A program made the position numbers and the translations under genes. This document shows positions 1-13,192 of a stretch of 64,000 bases of DNA, in pieces (position 1 is the stretch's first letter; every line of letters starts with the position of its first letter). The notes beneath the pieces were generated by a model. That model saw nothing but the letters and a program-made list of their open reading frames with translations. It searched no databases and had not been told where the DNA came from. Where the stretch lies: assembly GCF_018350175.1 (NCBI RefSeq), contig NC_058369.1, forward strand, positions 28,460,001-28,524,000, given 5' to 3'. Source of the stretch: Felis catus (taxonomy: Eukaryota).

Positions 1-1019
1 TGAGAAAACAGGGATGACAACTGGGGTTTCCTGCCTCCAAGGTCCAACATTTATTTCTGATAACACTTACAGGCTCTGGTAAGGAGAATGCCCAAAAATG
101 CATGTGTGAGTCCCTTCTCATGAGTTCTTTTTTTTTTTTTTTAATAGCCTTCTTGTTGATTGCAAGACTTAGGCTCTAGACAAGCTAGATATCTCTTACT
201 GATTCATTAAGTCATTCCTTTACAAGTAAGCCTGCCCTGTGCCAACCACTGTACTACCTTGGAAAACCAAAAAGCACACAGAAGAACTGAATACTCTTCC
301 TGCACCAGTCAAGCATACCAGTGGGACATCCATGAAGGAATTAAAGACCCAGAGGAAATCACTGAAAATGTAGAACAAATGACATTACCAAGTCCTAAGG
401 AAAGAAAAACTGGTGAGGAGGTTACTGCTAAGACAGGAGGAAGAGAAAGAGAAACAAACAGAAGGAAACGATGAATTGCAGGAAATGGGGACAATCATTC
501 TGAAGTTCTTTACCACTTTTCAACTTACAAACAAGGCAAATTGGTAGCCACTTGGCCTCTGCAGGGCTCAATCTTCTCATGTGCAAAGTTCATATGATAT
601 TACTTGTTCCCTCTACTCTGCAAAGTCCACTGTGAAAATACCACAAGATAAAATATTTTGATGGCTTTTAAAAAAGCATAAGGTCATCTACAAATAAAGT
701 AACAGGAAAGGGTACTGCTTGGTTGAGTGATGAAAGATGTAAGGTAGTACAGTATTATTTTATTACTTTATCCAAAAATTGTTTTATAATATTTTAAAGT
801 CATTATCATTTTTAAAAACTGAGAATACTCAGTATAAATCTAATTGCAAAAAAAGAGTCCCAAAGTTGAAGAACCTGGTCAAAGGAAAACCTTAGTATTC
901 TACGCAGAAGGGCTCCATCATTGGTTCCAACTCTCACACCCTGAGAAATTTAAGTTTAATCACTCAAAATGTACTGACCGAGAAATTTTTTATGGCATGT
1001 TCTATTCTAAGTTGTGGGG

Positions 1020-1400
1020 GAGGGGATGGTGAGAAAAACGTGCTTGGTCCCTGCCCTCATGGGATGTAATTCAACCAGTGGGGAGTAGAGGAGGGGTAGG
1101 ATGATACCAATAAGCAAGGAAATAAATGTGGGAACAAGAACACTTCAGTATGTATCTGTAAGACCATAAAACAGATGACGTCAGACATAGTGATTTACAA
1201 AGGAAGCAAGAGAGAAGCGGCCTTTTAGCTCAGGTGATTAGGGAAGGCCTTTCAGGGGAAGTAGCATGTAAGTAGAGACGAGAATAATACAATATTGAAA
1301 TAATACAAAATCCTAGGCCAGAGCTGCTGGATAACCCAAGGATAAGACTGTGAAGCAGGGATCAGATGCAAACCTGACTTGCTAGAGAGATAAGGGCATT
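1020..1400 (-). mobile_element. Degenerate L2 LINE fragment
   Basis: L2-like motifs read antisense ('tggtccctgccctcatgg', 'ggtgattagggaaggccttt'); boundaries approximate. Confidence 0.55.
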
Positions 1401-1415
1401 TAAGAGAGTATCATT

Positions 1416-1650
1416 GGGGTGCCTGGGTGGCTCATTCAATTAAGTGTCTAACTTTGGCGCAGGTCATGATGTCACAATCGTGGGTTCGAGCCCCACATTG
1501 GGCTCTGTGCTGACAGCTTGGAGCTTGGAGCCTGCTTCAGATTCTTTGTCTCCCTCTCTCTCTCTGCCCCTCCCTAGCTCGCACTCTGTTTCTCTCTCTC
1601 TCAAAAAATAAATCAACATTAAAAAAAATTTTGTTGTAAACAAATAAAAA
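1416..1650 (+). mobile_element. Can-SINE (SINEC)
   Basis: ggggtgcctgggtggctca head, B-box gggttcgagccc, (CT)n, A-tail; TSD aagagagtatcatt / aagagattatcatt. Confidence 0.95.
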
Positions 1651-3658
1651 AAGAGATTATCATTGTGGTGAGAAAATTAACCCTATCTTGATGCAGAGAA
1701 GCCAATTACAAGCTTGATGCTAACCCAGACAATCTCCCCTTATTTACCAAGTTCACCTGGTTTCTGCTTTGGACACTTGAAAAAGGCTAGAAGAGGAAAT
1801 TTGGACCCACCATACAAAGGGAGGCCATGGAGGCAACAGCCACATTTGTTCCTTGTGATCCCTTCAATAGGTCATTGGAGGGTCAAGGAGTACTGACATG
1901 GCTTCCCCTATTGAACAATCCCAAGTTAGTGGGGGCTTAATATAGTCTGTAGTCCAAAGAAGTCAGAGGAGTAAGGCTTTAGAAACTAAAGATGTGTTCT
2001 GTCAGTGGGAAGTCCTGAAAAGAATCAGATGGCTTCAAGATAAGGACCACTGTGCAAGGGGATACTGCTATTCCCATTCTCTGAAAGTTACCGCATGCTG
2101 CCATGTAGCTTGTTCTACAGATCTCTCCATCTACATTCCTGTAAGTCCTTCCTCCTCTCATCCCTTCAGGCCTCGGGGAGAAGACATGGGTGAGAGCCCC
2201 TACTAGTTCCAGGTTACTGCACTCTCCCCTGTGCGTGTACCGGGAAGATGGGGATCTGAACAAAGGCCAGAAACATAGTTGGAATAGTCGGACTCTTGGG
2301 TGTTCTCCACAAAGAGATAATCATGGAAGCTGAACTCTAGATGAAGTTTCTAGGAAACACATCATCAAGAGGCAAAAGCAATGGATTGATAAGTAACCTG
2401 TAGTTTACTAAGTGAGGAAGCAGGAAGAAACCTGGAAGATGGGAAGGAGAAATAAGAGTTGGGAAAAAAAGAAGCAGGGACAGTGTTTTGCCCAGAAGCA
2501 AAAAGGAGAATCTTAAGAAGAAAGAGGAGGTCAGAGAGTGATGAAGGAGAACCCTTCAAAGTGATGAATGAGATCTTTGGTGCCAAATTGAAGGTAAAGA
2601 TAAGAGTGGCCTGTTGCAGTGATGGAATCTGTAGGCCAGCACAAGTCCACAAGCCCATTTCCTCTACTGCAGGCAGAGAGCATACCATTAAACCCCCATG
2701 GAGGGAAGGGCCTCCTTGACTCATTCTGCCAACATTCACTATATTCCTGATATGAGCAAAGGGCTGGAGGAGAATTTATTCACTACTGCAGCTTTGCTTG
2801 CTGCTGAATCTGAAAGCTGACCTTGGTGTGCTCTGAGTTTCATCTCAGAAAAAGCATAGCAAGTGAGCAATTCCCCAGGCACAGGGGAACAGAATTTGAG
2901 AATGAGAGAAAAACAGGATTCCCTTCCTTCTTTGGGCCTCTGGGGCTTTGTTGCTGTGTCCTGTAGTTGCAAAAAGGGTAGAATGGGCACTAGGTGATTT
3001 CAATTCAATTTAAAGCAATAAGTATTTGCTGAAAATTTACATATACTTAATAAGGAGACAGGTGCTATGGGAGACAGAGCCAAATGAAATTTTCCCTACC
3101 CTCTAGGAGCAAAGAGCTTCATGCTAGAAACAATACCAAGGCACAGGCAAGAAATAGAGGGGAAAAAATCACAATGCATTTTTCATGATTAGTGAAATGT
3201 ATGGGATTATCTATGGGGATAAAGACAGAAAAATTCTATGTCTTATTTTTGTTGTTGCTGTTTATGTGTATGTGTTTTCTAACATTTCTCTATTTGGCAT
3301 GAATTAGTATTAAAATCGGGAAGAAAATGCAATAATTTTTCGATAGCTCCCTTCTAAAAAGAAGAAGATGTTGACCATCAAAACTAAGACAGCTGTGGGC
3401 GAATCCCAGGCGTGTTTCTTCCTAACTTGACCTTGCCAAATTCCTTAACCACTAGGTGCCTAAATTTTCTCATCTATAAAATCTGTACACAGGTGTTATC
3501 TGGTAAGAAGCCAGAAAACAAGACCTTATCCCACAAGAAACTTATGGGAATAAAAAAAATCTTCAAATGTTACAAGCTTTCTTTAGTTGGCAACTTAAAA
3601 CTAAAATCTGTAAAGTTACTAAGTTACTCATAAGGATTTCAAGAAGAAATGATGTTTT

Positions 3659-3877
3659 GGGGCGCCTGGGTGGCTCAGTCGGTTGAGCATCCAACTTCAG
3701 TGCATGTCATGATCTCACGGTTTGTGGGTTCAAGCCCGGCATCAGGCTCTGTGCTGACAGCTCAGAGCCTGGAGCCTGCTTTGGATTCTGTATCTCTCTC
3801 TCTCTCCCCCTCTCCTGCTCATGCTCTGCCTCTCTCTGTCTCTCAAAAATAAATAAATGTTAAAAAATTTTTAAAAA
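3659..3877 (+). mobile_element. Can-SINE (SINEC)
   Basis: ggggcgcctgggtggctcagtcggtt head, (CT)n, A-tail; TSD aagaagaaatgatg on both sides. Confidence 0.95.
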
Positions 3878-3904
3878 AAGAAGAAATGATGCTTAAGAAT
3901 GAAG

Positions 3905-4125
3905 ATGGCTCAGACTCCAACTCCATCCATTACCTGCCAATAACTGACCTCAAATGAGTTGTCTATTTTACCTCTCTGAATTTCAGTTACTTCATCTACA
4001 AAATGGGACTAATAATAGAAACTATCTCCTAAAGACACTGAAGAAAATGCATGTGAAATGTTCTCATGGTACCTGGCTGAGAGTAAGTGCATAATTAATG
4101 GTTGTATGCAATTGTAATTATCATT
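3905..4125 (+). mobile_element. MIR SINE
   Basis: MIR core 'ctctctgaatttcagttacttcatctacaaaatgggactaataatag'. Confidence 0.75.
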
Positions 4126-5269
4126 TGTAAAGGCTAGTGTTGTTTCAGACAATTCTGAGAGAAGACAGACGTGAAGAGGGGCATGTCTTTTTCATGTTTA
4201 CATCACCAGTGCCTGGCACAGACCCTATCACAAAGTAAGTGGAGTGTTGATAAATGTTCATGAATAATGAACAAATATATGTGCTGATCTTGCCATTTTA
4301 TCAAGGGTCACATCTGTATATTACACAACTGGCATAGACAAATGAAAAAGATACATTGTGAAGTGCTTAAATTCAATTCAATGAGCTTAAAAATTAATTC
4401 ATTTCATCGAGTTCCCTGAGTTTGCTCAGTAAGGGGTAGGAGAAGCCAGAGGCATTTTTACAGCTTGAATATACTACCTGGTTATTCAACTTCCAGCGAG
4501 AAGCGTAACCCACTGGGAAGAATCAGAGGGATTCTTTCATCTCTCAGAATCCTAGTAAATCATCTTCAAAGGAAAAGTCAGTGTAAAAAAAGAAAGCAGA
4601 GCGGAAATGAGGGAGGCGGGACAGAAACAAGACAAAAAAGAGAAGAGAAAAAAAACCCAGAAGATGGAGAGGAGAAAGGGTCTCTCCATCCTCGAGACAC
4701 ATTTTACTACCCCACACTGAGTGATATGCTATTTTGTCACATCTTCTTGCTACAGTTCCCAACGAAGGAATAAAGAGCAGGCAGCTTCCAAGTAATGACC
4801 CATATGGGTGAGATTTTGTTGCAGGTGTAAAGGGAATGCTTTCCTATATTGGAAAATATATATTGGCATAAGTGTCGCCAACTCTACCTAAAAGAGAAGA
4901 GCAAAGTATCAGAAAATGTGAATTTGAGAAAATCCCTAGGACAGCTTATGCATACTGTTTTCCTGAATGTTTATCCATCCTTCTGAGCACTGCTCAAATG
5001 TTACTTCATCAGAGAAGCCCTTCTTCACCACTCAGCCTGGGTTGGGCACTTTGTTACGTGCTCTAGCATCATCTGGTACCCTTCCACTAAGGGCAGGTAC
5101 CACTGTTAATGAGGTAATTATTTAGGTAATTAAATGTTTAATATCTGTGTTTTCTACAGGATGCATGCCAGTTCCATGAGGGCAGTGTTCCTGTCTGCCT
5201 TTTCACTCTGAAATCACCTGAACTTGCATATGCCCCACAATGAAACAGAGAAGCAAATACATACAGATA

Positions 5270-5455
5270 CAGTTTATTGTCATTATTTATGGATTCTCTA
5301 TTTGTAAATTTGCCCACTCACTGAATTTATCTGTAATTCTAAAATCAATGCTCATGGTACTTTTGCAGCCATTTGTGGACATGCATAGGGTGGGGAAAAA
5401 ATTTGTCCCCAACTGAGGTTGAACAAAATGACACTCTGCCTTCTTCTTCTTCTGT

Positions 5456-5500
<45 letters not shown>

Positions 5501-6027
5501 AAGGAGAAGGGCAGAGGGAAAAGGGAAAGACAAAACTTTAGGCAGACTTCACACTCAGCACAGAGCCCAACGTAGGGCTCGATCTTACAACCCTGGGATC
5601 ACGTCCTGAGCTGAAATCAAGAGTCAGATATTCAACCCACTGAGTCACCCAGGTGCCCTGACCCTCTGCCTTCTTATTCCAACTCTCATGTAGTGCTTCA
5701 GGGCTACATAATGTTCCTAAGTGCAAGAAGGCGGTGATGTGCCTAATGGAGAAAATATAAGTGTTTGATAAGCTTCATTTAGACATGAGTTATAGTGCAG
5801 TTGGCCATGTGTTCAGTGTTAACGAATCAACAATAAAAATTAAATAAGGTGTCTTTAAACAAAAACAAACATAAAACAAAATTATGTATTGGTCAGTTAA
5901 CAAAAATGTGGCCAGAGACTTGCAGGAACCCTGAATTTCCTCTAAGAGCAATGGTTCAGCATTCATTAATTCAATGTTTGTAGTAACTTTATGGAACATA
6001 AATACTGTAAAAACTGACCTTCAACTG
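5270..6027. mobile_element. TcMar-Tigger non-autonomous DNA transposon (MER82-like), interrupted by a SINE
   Basis: Starts ta|cagtttatt and ends tcaactg; internal 'gttcctaagtgcaagaaggcggtgatgtgcc...ggagaaaata', 'aaataaggtgtctttaaac' match recalled MER82 consensus. Confidence 0.8.
5446..5658 (-). mobile_element. Can-SINE inserted in the Tigger element
   Basis: (AG)n, reverse head 'actgagtcacccaggtgccc'; TSD tgacactctgccttctt / tgaccctctgccttctt. Confidence 0.9.
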
Positions 6028-6324
6028 CATGCATTTTGAACATATACATGTATAATTAGTAAGTGTGTGTGTGTGTGTGTGTGTGCGCACATGTGTGTAC
6101 GTTCAGTAGCTTTAATTCATTTTGGAGTCATACAACCTGTCTTAGAAACTGAGAAAGGTATGGATACTGGAGGATGAGGGGCAGTATATGGGGAAGCATA
6201 TACATATATTGGGCCTTATGCTGCACAGCTACAGGGGAGGGGGAGGGGGTATTGACATCCACATTATAGTCTAAGGGAATGTTCTCACTCCATAGAGTTG
6301 TTCACTGTGGTGACACTACATCAA

Positions 6325-6326
<2 letters not shown>

Positions 6327-6369
<43 letters not shown>
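6327..6369. repeat. (CA)n microsatellite
   Basis: Perfect AC run. Confidence 0.95.
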
Positions 6370-6370
<1 letters not shown>

Positions 6371-6676
6371 TTGCGATTATTCTGGGCATTCATGGCTTCC
6401 TGCTAGGTACCACAGGTTAAAACCCTAATAGAAAGAGACATCAATATTAAGAGACAGAGAGGTTAGAATAGACAAATACATATATATCCTATATGGCATA
6501 TTCAATTTTACTTCAAATGGTTTACATTGGTTAAGATTTAAATTACCTGCATTTTACACACTAATAACAATCACCAGACAATTCCAAATTTTATGTATCC
6601 CTAGAAGAAAGAAAATGTGTTATGAAGCACTTGTTTAAGCACTGGTTATGAAACACAGGTAGAAAACCAAGAGTTA

Positions 6677-6902
6677 GGGGCGCCTGGGTGGCACAGTCGG
6701 TTAAGCGTCCGACTTCAGCCAGGTCACGATCTCGCGGTCCGTGAGTTCGAGCCCCGCGTCAGGCTCTGGGCTGATGGCTTGGAGCCTGGAGCCTGTTTCC
6801 GATTCTGTGTCTCCCTCTCTCTCTGCCCCTCCCCCGTTCATGCTCTGTCTCTCTCTGTCCCAAAAATAAATAAAAACATTGAAAAAAAATTAAAAAAAAA
6901 AT
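6677..6902 (+). mobile_element. Young felid Can-SINE (SINEC_Fc type)
   Basis: CpGs intact (aagcgtccgac, cacgatctcgcggtccgtgagttcgagccccgcgtc); perfect TSD aaaaccaagagtta. Confidence 0.97.
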
Positions 6903-6918
6903 AAAACCAAGAGTTAAC

Positions 6919-6921
<3 letters not shown>

Positions 6922-6973
<52 letters not shown>
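6922..6973. repeat. (TA)n microsatellite
   Basis: Perfect AT run of about 50 bp. Confidence 0.95.
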
Positions 6974-6975
<2 letters not shown>

Positions 6976-6995
6976 CAGAAAGAATATTGATGCTA

Positions 6996-7282
6996 GGGGC
7001 ACCTGGGTGGCTCAGTCAGTTAATATTGATGTTAGGGGCACCTCGGTGGCTCAGTCAGTTAATATTGATGTTAGGGGCACCTGGGTTTTGGCTCAGGTCA
7101 TGATCTCACAGTTTGTGAGTTGGAGCCCCATATTGGGTTCTGCACTGAGGGCGCAGAGCCTGCTTGGGATTCTCTCACCTCTCCCCAACTGTCCCCACTC
7201 CAACTGTGTTCTCTCTTTTTCAAAATAAATAAATAAACTAAAAAAAAAAAAGAAAGAAAATAGTATTTTTTTTTTAAAAATG
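6996..7282 (+). mobile_element. Can-SINE with triplicated 5' junction
   Basis: Three ggggcacct heads at a 39-bp period, then SINE body and A-rich tail. Confidence 0.9.
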
Positions 7283-8383
7283 AAAATTGATATTAACCTT
7301 TTCATTTGCTTTCCTAAGATTCTCTGGATTCTCAGGTCTGAATGGCAGGCGGCAATATGAATTTAAGTTTTTGGACACCCAGATTCTTTGTATGTAACTA
7401 CAAAGCACCTGATTCTGTGTCCCTTGAACAACAGACTATATTTCTTAGCGAAGCTTCTAATCAGATGGTTGGTTGAAGATGAAAATAGAACGAAAGAAAG
7501 AAATCCCTGTAAATGTTTCTGTGGAAATTCTGAATAATCATACTGTTAATAATTCAGTGTTGGTTGGAAACTATACAATTGTGAGTGATTTATACAGACC
7601 AGAGTTGGCATATGTTGTACCACAGGTGGATGCGAGGTCACCAAGAAACCACTTCACAGTTTTCCCAGAAGTGTAGAGTCAAAAAGGTCACTTGTGGTAA
7701 AAGATCTTTCGGATTAGTCTTTTAAATCAATGCATGAATTAAAGACAATTTACATATAAATAGGCTAATACTCTGGCTTTGAAATTAAATGAATTTTTAA
7801 AAGATTTAAGTAACTGCAGAAAAGGTCAGTTAGGCATTAAGTATACATAATGTGATTTTTGAAAACTGCTTGTCTTGTTGGCTTATTAATATTTTGTATT
7901 CATTGTCAGTGTCGTTCTAAAAATTGTGTGCATAATTAGCAACACACCAAAGTCAAAGACAGGCCCCCAAACTAAGGAAACACATCCCTCAAGTCAGTAG
8001 TTGATAGAAGAGGTTGAGAATCTGGACATAAAAATACTCAACATTAACCTTTGCCCACATGTTAATGCACATGAGATTCAAACATATCACAACATATTCT
8101 AAACAAGCATGACATCGTTCCAGTGAAATTCACCTTGACATTCGGATTCACCGATAAATCACAGCTCTCCCAAAACACAAAACCTATAGGTGGCCGACTG
8201 AGTTATCAAAGAGGAATCATGATCACTATCTGTAGTCCCAATTTGCCTCTTTGGGAGTATAAGCCTATAAACCTCTCTTCCAAGTATGATGAAGAGACAG
8301 AGCAGAATTTTTATAGTATCAAACATAACCCCTGCCATCACATCTCTCATGAACATCAGAGTACTTTAAAAAAACGTTGGACC

Positions 8384-8712
8384 CCAGGATGAATATGTGG
8401 AGCACAGGGCACTTTTAGGGCAGTAACTCTAGTCTGCCCAATACTCTAATGATAGATACATGACGGGATGCATTTGTTCAAACACATAGAATGTACCACA
8501 CAAAGAGTGAGTCCTAACATAAACTAGGGGCTTTAGCTAATAGTAATGTATCAATATGGATTCATCAATTATAAAATGTATGACACCAATGAAGGTGTGA
8601 ATAACAGGGGAAGCTAGGTAGAGTAGAAGAGGGTACACAGGAACTTTGTCTTTTTGCTCAATTTCTCTGAAAACCTAAACATGCCCTAGAGAAACAAAGT
8701 CTATTGTTTTTT
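8384..8712 (+). mobile_element. Old L1 3' UTR fragment (L1MC-like)
   Basis: 'catttgttcaaacacatagaatgtaccacacaaagagtga', 'gtaatgtatcaatatggattcatcaattat'; possible TSD aaacgttggacc / aaacggtggacc. Confidence 0.8.
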
Positions 8713-8755
8713 AAACGGTGGACCAAATTAATAATATACTCAAGACACTTTAGAT

Positions 8756-9022
8756 AAGTGGTTTTCAAGCTGTCCTCTGAGGAGCCCTCTCCATCCTAGG
8801 AGATGATTCACTGAGCAGCTGGCCTGGGGATATCTGAGGAAATGGAGCAGGAGAGAAGAGTGGGCAAGGAGAAGGAAGCCGCTCAAGCTGAGTCCAAACC
8901 CCCACCCCCATTTCAGAGAAAGCAACTCCCCTTTCATCTGTTGTACATATTGTTTTCCACAATGGAGTCCATTAAAGTGTAGGTTCGTCAGCTAAAAAAA
9001 AAAAAAAGCATGAAAACCGCTG
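8756..9022. mobile_element. hAT-Charlie-like MITE relic
   Basis: Terminal inverted ends agtggttttca ... tgaaaaccgct. Confidence 0.55.
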
Positions 9023-10002
9023 ATACAAACCCAACAAAATACCTGGCTAATAATGCTATTGCACATTGCACATTGCACACAAACTTCCCACCTGACCATT
9101 ACTACAGCCTATGACTGAGCTAAGCAGAAACTCAGTGAATAATACCTTGGAGGGAGTCCAAATGATCAGTACTTACTGACCATCAACCGTGTGTACCCAG
9201 TACTCCTCTAGGCTATGCAACATACTTTGAAGATACAAGTGAAATACAATGTTCTATGCCAGGCCTCAAGAAGCTTACGATATTAAGGAGAGATAAAGCT
9301 ACTACACATAATAAAATATGGAAATAGAAGGTGTCTGAGGCCCCAGCAACCAACGTAATGAGCTAAAACCAGATTTCAGGTCTTCTTTCGAGTATCAACA
9401 AATTGCCAGCCCTAAATGATGTTAAGAGCATGTACGAAAGAGAACATTCCAATCCCCAGATTTCCTAAATCTTTGTTTCCCTTTAAAAAGGCAAACTGCA
9501 CGCTAACAAAGTCAGACAATCAGCAGTGGATAGTGTCTTTATTACAGACATACATAAAAAGGAACATGTAAGCAATGCTCAACTATTTTGTTATCTTCAG
9601 TTGCCTACATGCCTCTTTTCCACACTAGTGACTCCCCATCCAGTACTCACTAATGAGTCAGTTCCAAGGATCTTGCAGATGGTGGGCTGGCTCCAAACAA
9701 AGGCACAGTGAGCTGGAAGATTTGGTGACCTCTCTCAGGGGCTGTTGAGAGGTGCCCTGCCCTGACAGCAGCAGAGCAACCTCTAATCAAGATGGCTTGC
9801 TGCCTAAGACCTCCTCACCCTACCCCTGCAGAAATAAACACTTTAGACACCGTTTATCCCTCCAGTACCCAGCAGTACACTACAGAGAAAACATTCTGCT
9901 GTTTATGACAGGCACAGTGTTTTTTTTAAAGACTGTATGTGTGTTATGCTATAAATTACCCTGTTTGTGGGTGTGAGAATAAATATCCATGTATATAGAT
10001 GT

Positions 10003-10004
<2 letters not shown>

Positions 10005-10046
<42 letters not shown>
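10005..10046. repeat. (CA)n microsatellite
   Basis: Perfect AC run. Confidence 0.95.
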
Positions 10047-10048
<2 letters not shown>

Positions 10049-10644
10049 AGAGTATGTTACAGTTAAAACCATGCTGTCGACAGCCACTCAAATCCAGAGA
10101 AATTTATGGCTGTAAATACAGGCACACATTCAGGATAAAGACAGGAGAATTATAAATACTTTGATGATTACCAGAATAAGTAAACTGCCTGAGGAGCACA
10201 ACCATTTGCAACATAGCCTTGCCAGTTCATGCTGATGACCATCAGACCTGCTGCAAATGAGTGATTGGGAGATCAAACATGATTAAAAATGCAAAGCTGC
10301 TGCGCCCAAATGACATGCTTTCTTTGACAATGAACTGTGGGCTCGAAGGCAACCTATAAGCAAAGTGCTTTTTGGTAATCCACTTGCACACTGAGGTCAA
10401 CTACTGAGGAATCACACTACAGGACTTTTTAAAAGTAGGCAGAGTTATTTACAACCATTAGTAATTGCATCTTGAGACTATCCTTCAATTACACAATTTC
10501 TTTTTTTTTGTTTTTTTCACTGAAAATCGATAGTTTGAGTTTTACCAACTCAAGGAATTTGCATAATACATTAGCTATGAGTACCTGAAGAGTGGGCTTA
10601 AATATGTACAGGAAAATTAAGAGCTGTGCTAATGTTGGTGGGTA

Positions 10645-10850
10645 GGGGCGCCTGGATGGCCCAGTCGGTTAAACGTCCAACTCTTGGTTTCTGCTCACAG
10701 TTCATGAGTTTGAGGCTCACATCAGGCTCCGTGCTGTTAGTGTGGAGCCTGCTTGGGATTTTCTCTCTCTCCCTCTCTCTCTGGCCCTCCCCTCTTTGTA
10801 CTCTCTCTCTTTCTCTCTCAAAATAAATAAATACACTTAAAAAAATTTTT
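10645..10850 (+). mobile_element. Can-SINE (SINEC)
   Basis: ggggcgcctggatggcccagtcggtt head, (CT)n, A-tail. Confidence 0.92.
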
Positions 10851-11109
10851 TTAAGTACGTCGGTAGATACCCTTTTACTGAAACTAGAACAGCAAAACTG
10901 AACCGATTAAAACCTGAAAAAAGTAAAAGATTCTAATGTCTAATGTCTGTAAGACATTCCTTTTCAAAGGAAGAAAGTTAAGTCCTCATTTCCTCAGTCT
11001 CAATATCATTTGATTCTACTGTATGTTATTTCTTCTATGTACATACATACACATACATGGGACATTTAAAGATTTCTTTTTAATAATCTATAAATTTAAA
11101 GGAAAGCAC

Positions 11110-11505
11110 ACAAGTCTTCTCAGAATCAGATGATGAGGACTCATGTACAAATGATTTATTAAGGGACAGCTCACAAGAAAAAATGCTGAGTAAGTGGCAA
11201 GAGGCCAGACAGGAGAAGGCAAGAAGCCACATGAGGGTATGATTTGGGGTACAGTCACTTCAAGGGAGTTTTCCCACTTGCAAGTGACCTGGGCTTTGAT
11301 ATTCCCTCACCACTGAATCACTGGCTAAGGCCTGCTTTTCCAGGTCTGGGCAGGCTCAGTAAAGCCTGTAGCTCCAGCCAATCCTGCAAAGATGGGTGCA
11401 GGTGCAGTCGCTGGAAGGAAAGTACGCAGAAGCTGGGGTGGGGCTCACAAAGATGGTGAAAGGTATCTGGGGAGCTCTGGGCTGTTCTCTGGCACTGTCT
11501 GTTAC
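11110..11505 (-). mobile_element. Ancient ERVL/MaLR-type LTR relic
   Basis: 'aaatgatttattaaggga...gaggccagacaggagaaggcaagaagcc' typical of antisense LTR33/MLT1-class LTRs. Confidence 0.5.
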
Positions 11506-11831
11506 ACAAAGTAACAAATGGCCCATATTTTCCTGCCATGAAAACTCCTGTTGATTTTTTTTTAATAAGAGCAAGAATAGAATAAAATTAGAGAATTCAA
11601 AGAATACAGAAAGTTGAAAAATAAAAGTCTCTCTTCTCTCACCCTTGTCCCCACCTTCTTTCCAAAGCTGATCCTTATTTTCAGTTTTCTGTAAATCCTG
11701 CTAAGGGAAGGACACACCCACAAACTATGTATCTTTATAAATATTATTTTTAAAAAATACACAGGTTGGACTATGATATACAAACTGTTCTTACTTTATT
11801 TCACATAGGTATATATCTTGAATACATGATT

Positions 11832-11879
<48 letters not shown>

Positions 11880-11986
11880 CAAAGAAAAAGGAAGGGTGGA
11901 AAAATGGATGGATAGATGTATGGATGGATGGATGGACGGACAAATGGAGGGATGGATGGAGGGATGGATGGAGAGATGGATAGATA
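11832..11986. repeat. Compound (GATA)n / (GGAT)n tetranucleotide repeat
   Basis: About 12 perfect GATA units followed by an imperfect GGAT tract. Confidence 0.95.
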
Positions 11987-12289
11987 CTGCACTTCACTGA
12001 TTCTAAGATAAATGGTTTTTCACCTTTTAACATTTCTATAGTCAGATATCTTACAATTGATAGCATTTGAGATTTGATAAAATGCAGTAGACATATAAAT
12101 ATAGTTATGGATAGACAACAGCTGAGCACACACAGCTCTACTACATGAGAGGAAATACAGGATAGAAGTTAAGAGTATATTAGTACATTGCCTATTATGG
12201 AAACACCATTGCATGGGAATAAGCACCCTATTTGAGAGGGCTAATCTTCTCTTAATAATATGAATTACACTTATAAACTTTTACTCTTA

Positions 12290-13148
12290 AGTTTTTCAAT
12301 GTGAGTCCATGAAAGAGATCGATTTATAGTTTTCTATTTTGTGCTGTCTTTGCCAGATTTACCAAAGTCTGTGTTTTTATGCTGGCTTCCTAAAAACACA
12401 TTGGCAGTTTTCCTTCTTGGTGTTATGGATAATTTTATTTTTATAATTCTTTGACTATATAGTATCAAATTCAGAGAGTACAAAAGCACATAAATTATAA
12501 AGTATCTGCCTCTTACCTGTCTCCCAGTTGCCTACTTCCTTTCCCCAAAGGCAGCCATTATTCTCAGTGGCTTCTGTCTTCCTTTACAGATATTATACAC
12601 GCACACACACACACCCCCACACAAATACTCAAAAGGTGATGTGATGATACAGGGCTCTGTATCTTTTTTTTCTCCCCTTCATACATTTTGGAGACTCGCC
12701 CATAGCCAGCCACACAGAGGACCTGTGCATCCTAATGACTGTATAGTATTCCATCATGCAGATATAAGTTAATCTTGCCAGTTCCCATTTTGAATAGTAT
12801 TATCATTATCTGTTCCTTAAAAGTTCCAAATAATTTGCCTCTGAAAGCATAAAGACCTGAAGCTTTCTTTTAGATCTTTGATAACTTTCTCAGATTTTTC
12901 CAATGTTACTGAAGTTCTTCTTCTTCAGTAAGTTTTGATAACTTTTTACCTATTACAAAAAGCCATTCCATCAAGATTTTTAAAGTTACATAGGGGCACC
13001 TGGGTGGCTCAGTCGACTGAGCATCCGACTTTGGCTCAGGTCATGATCTCACACTTCGTGAGTTCAAGCCCCACATTGGGCTCTGTGCTGACAGCTCAGA
13101 GCCTGGAGCTGCTGTGGATTCTGTGTCTCCCTCTCTCTCTGCACCTCC

Positions 13149-13192
<44 letters not shown>

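Noticed and set aside
3649..3852. Recurrent ORF family 'GAWVAQSV...VMIS...SSPASGSVLTAQSLEP' seen many times in the window
   Set aside because: These are translations of Can-SINE copies, not a gene family
5790..5999. 69-aa minus-strand ORF
   Set aside because: It lies wholly inside the MER82-like non-autonomous element
6677..6760. tRNA gene (A- and B-boxes)
   Set aside because: The boxes belong to the tRNA-derived SINE head, followed by SINE body, (CT)n and tail
6983..7086. 39-bp periodic repeat as a CRISPR-like array
   Set aside because: There are no unique spacers, the context is mammalian, and it is explained by duplication of the SINE junction
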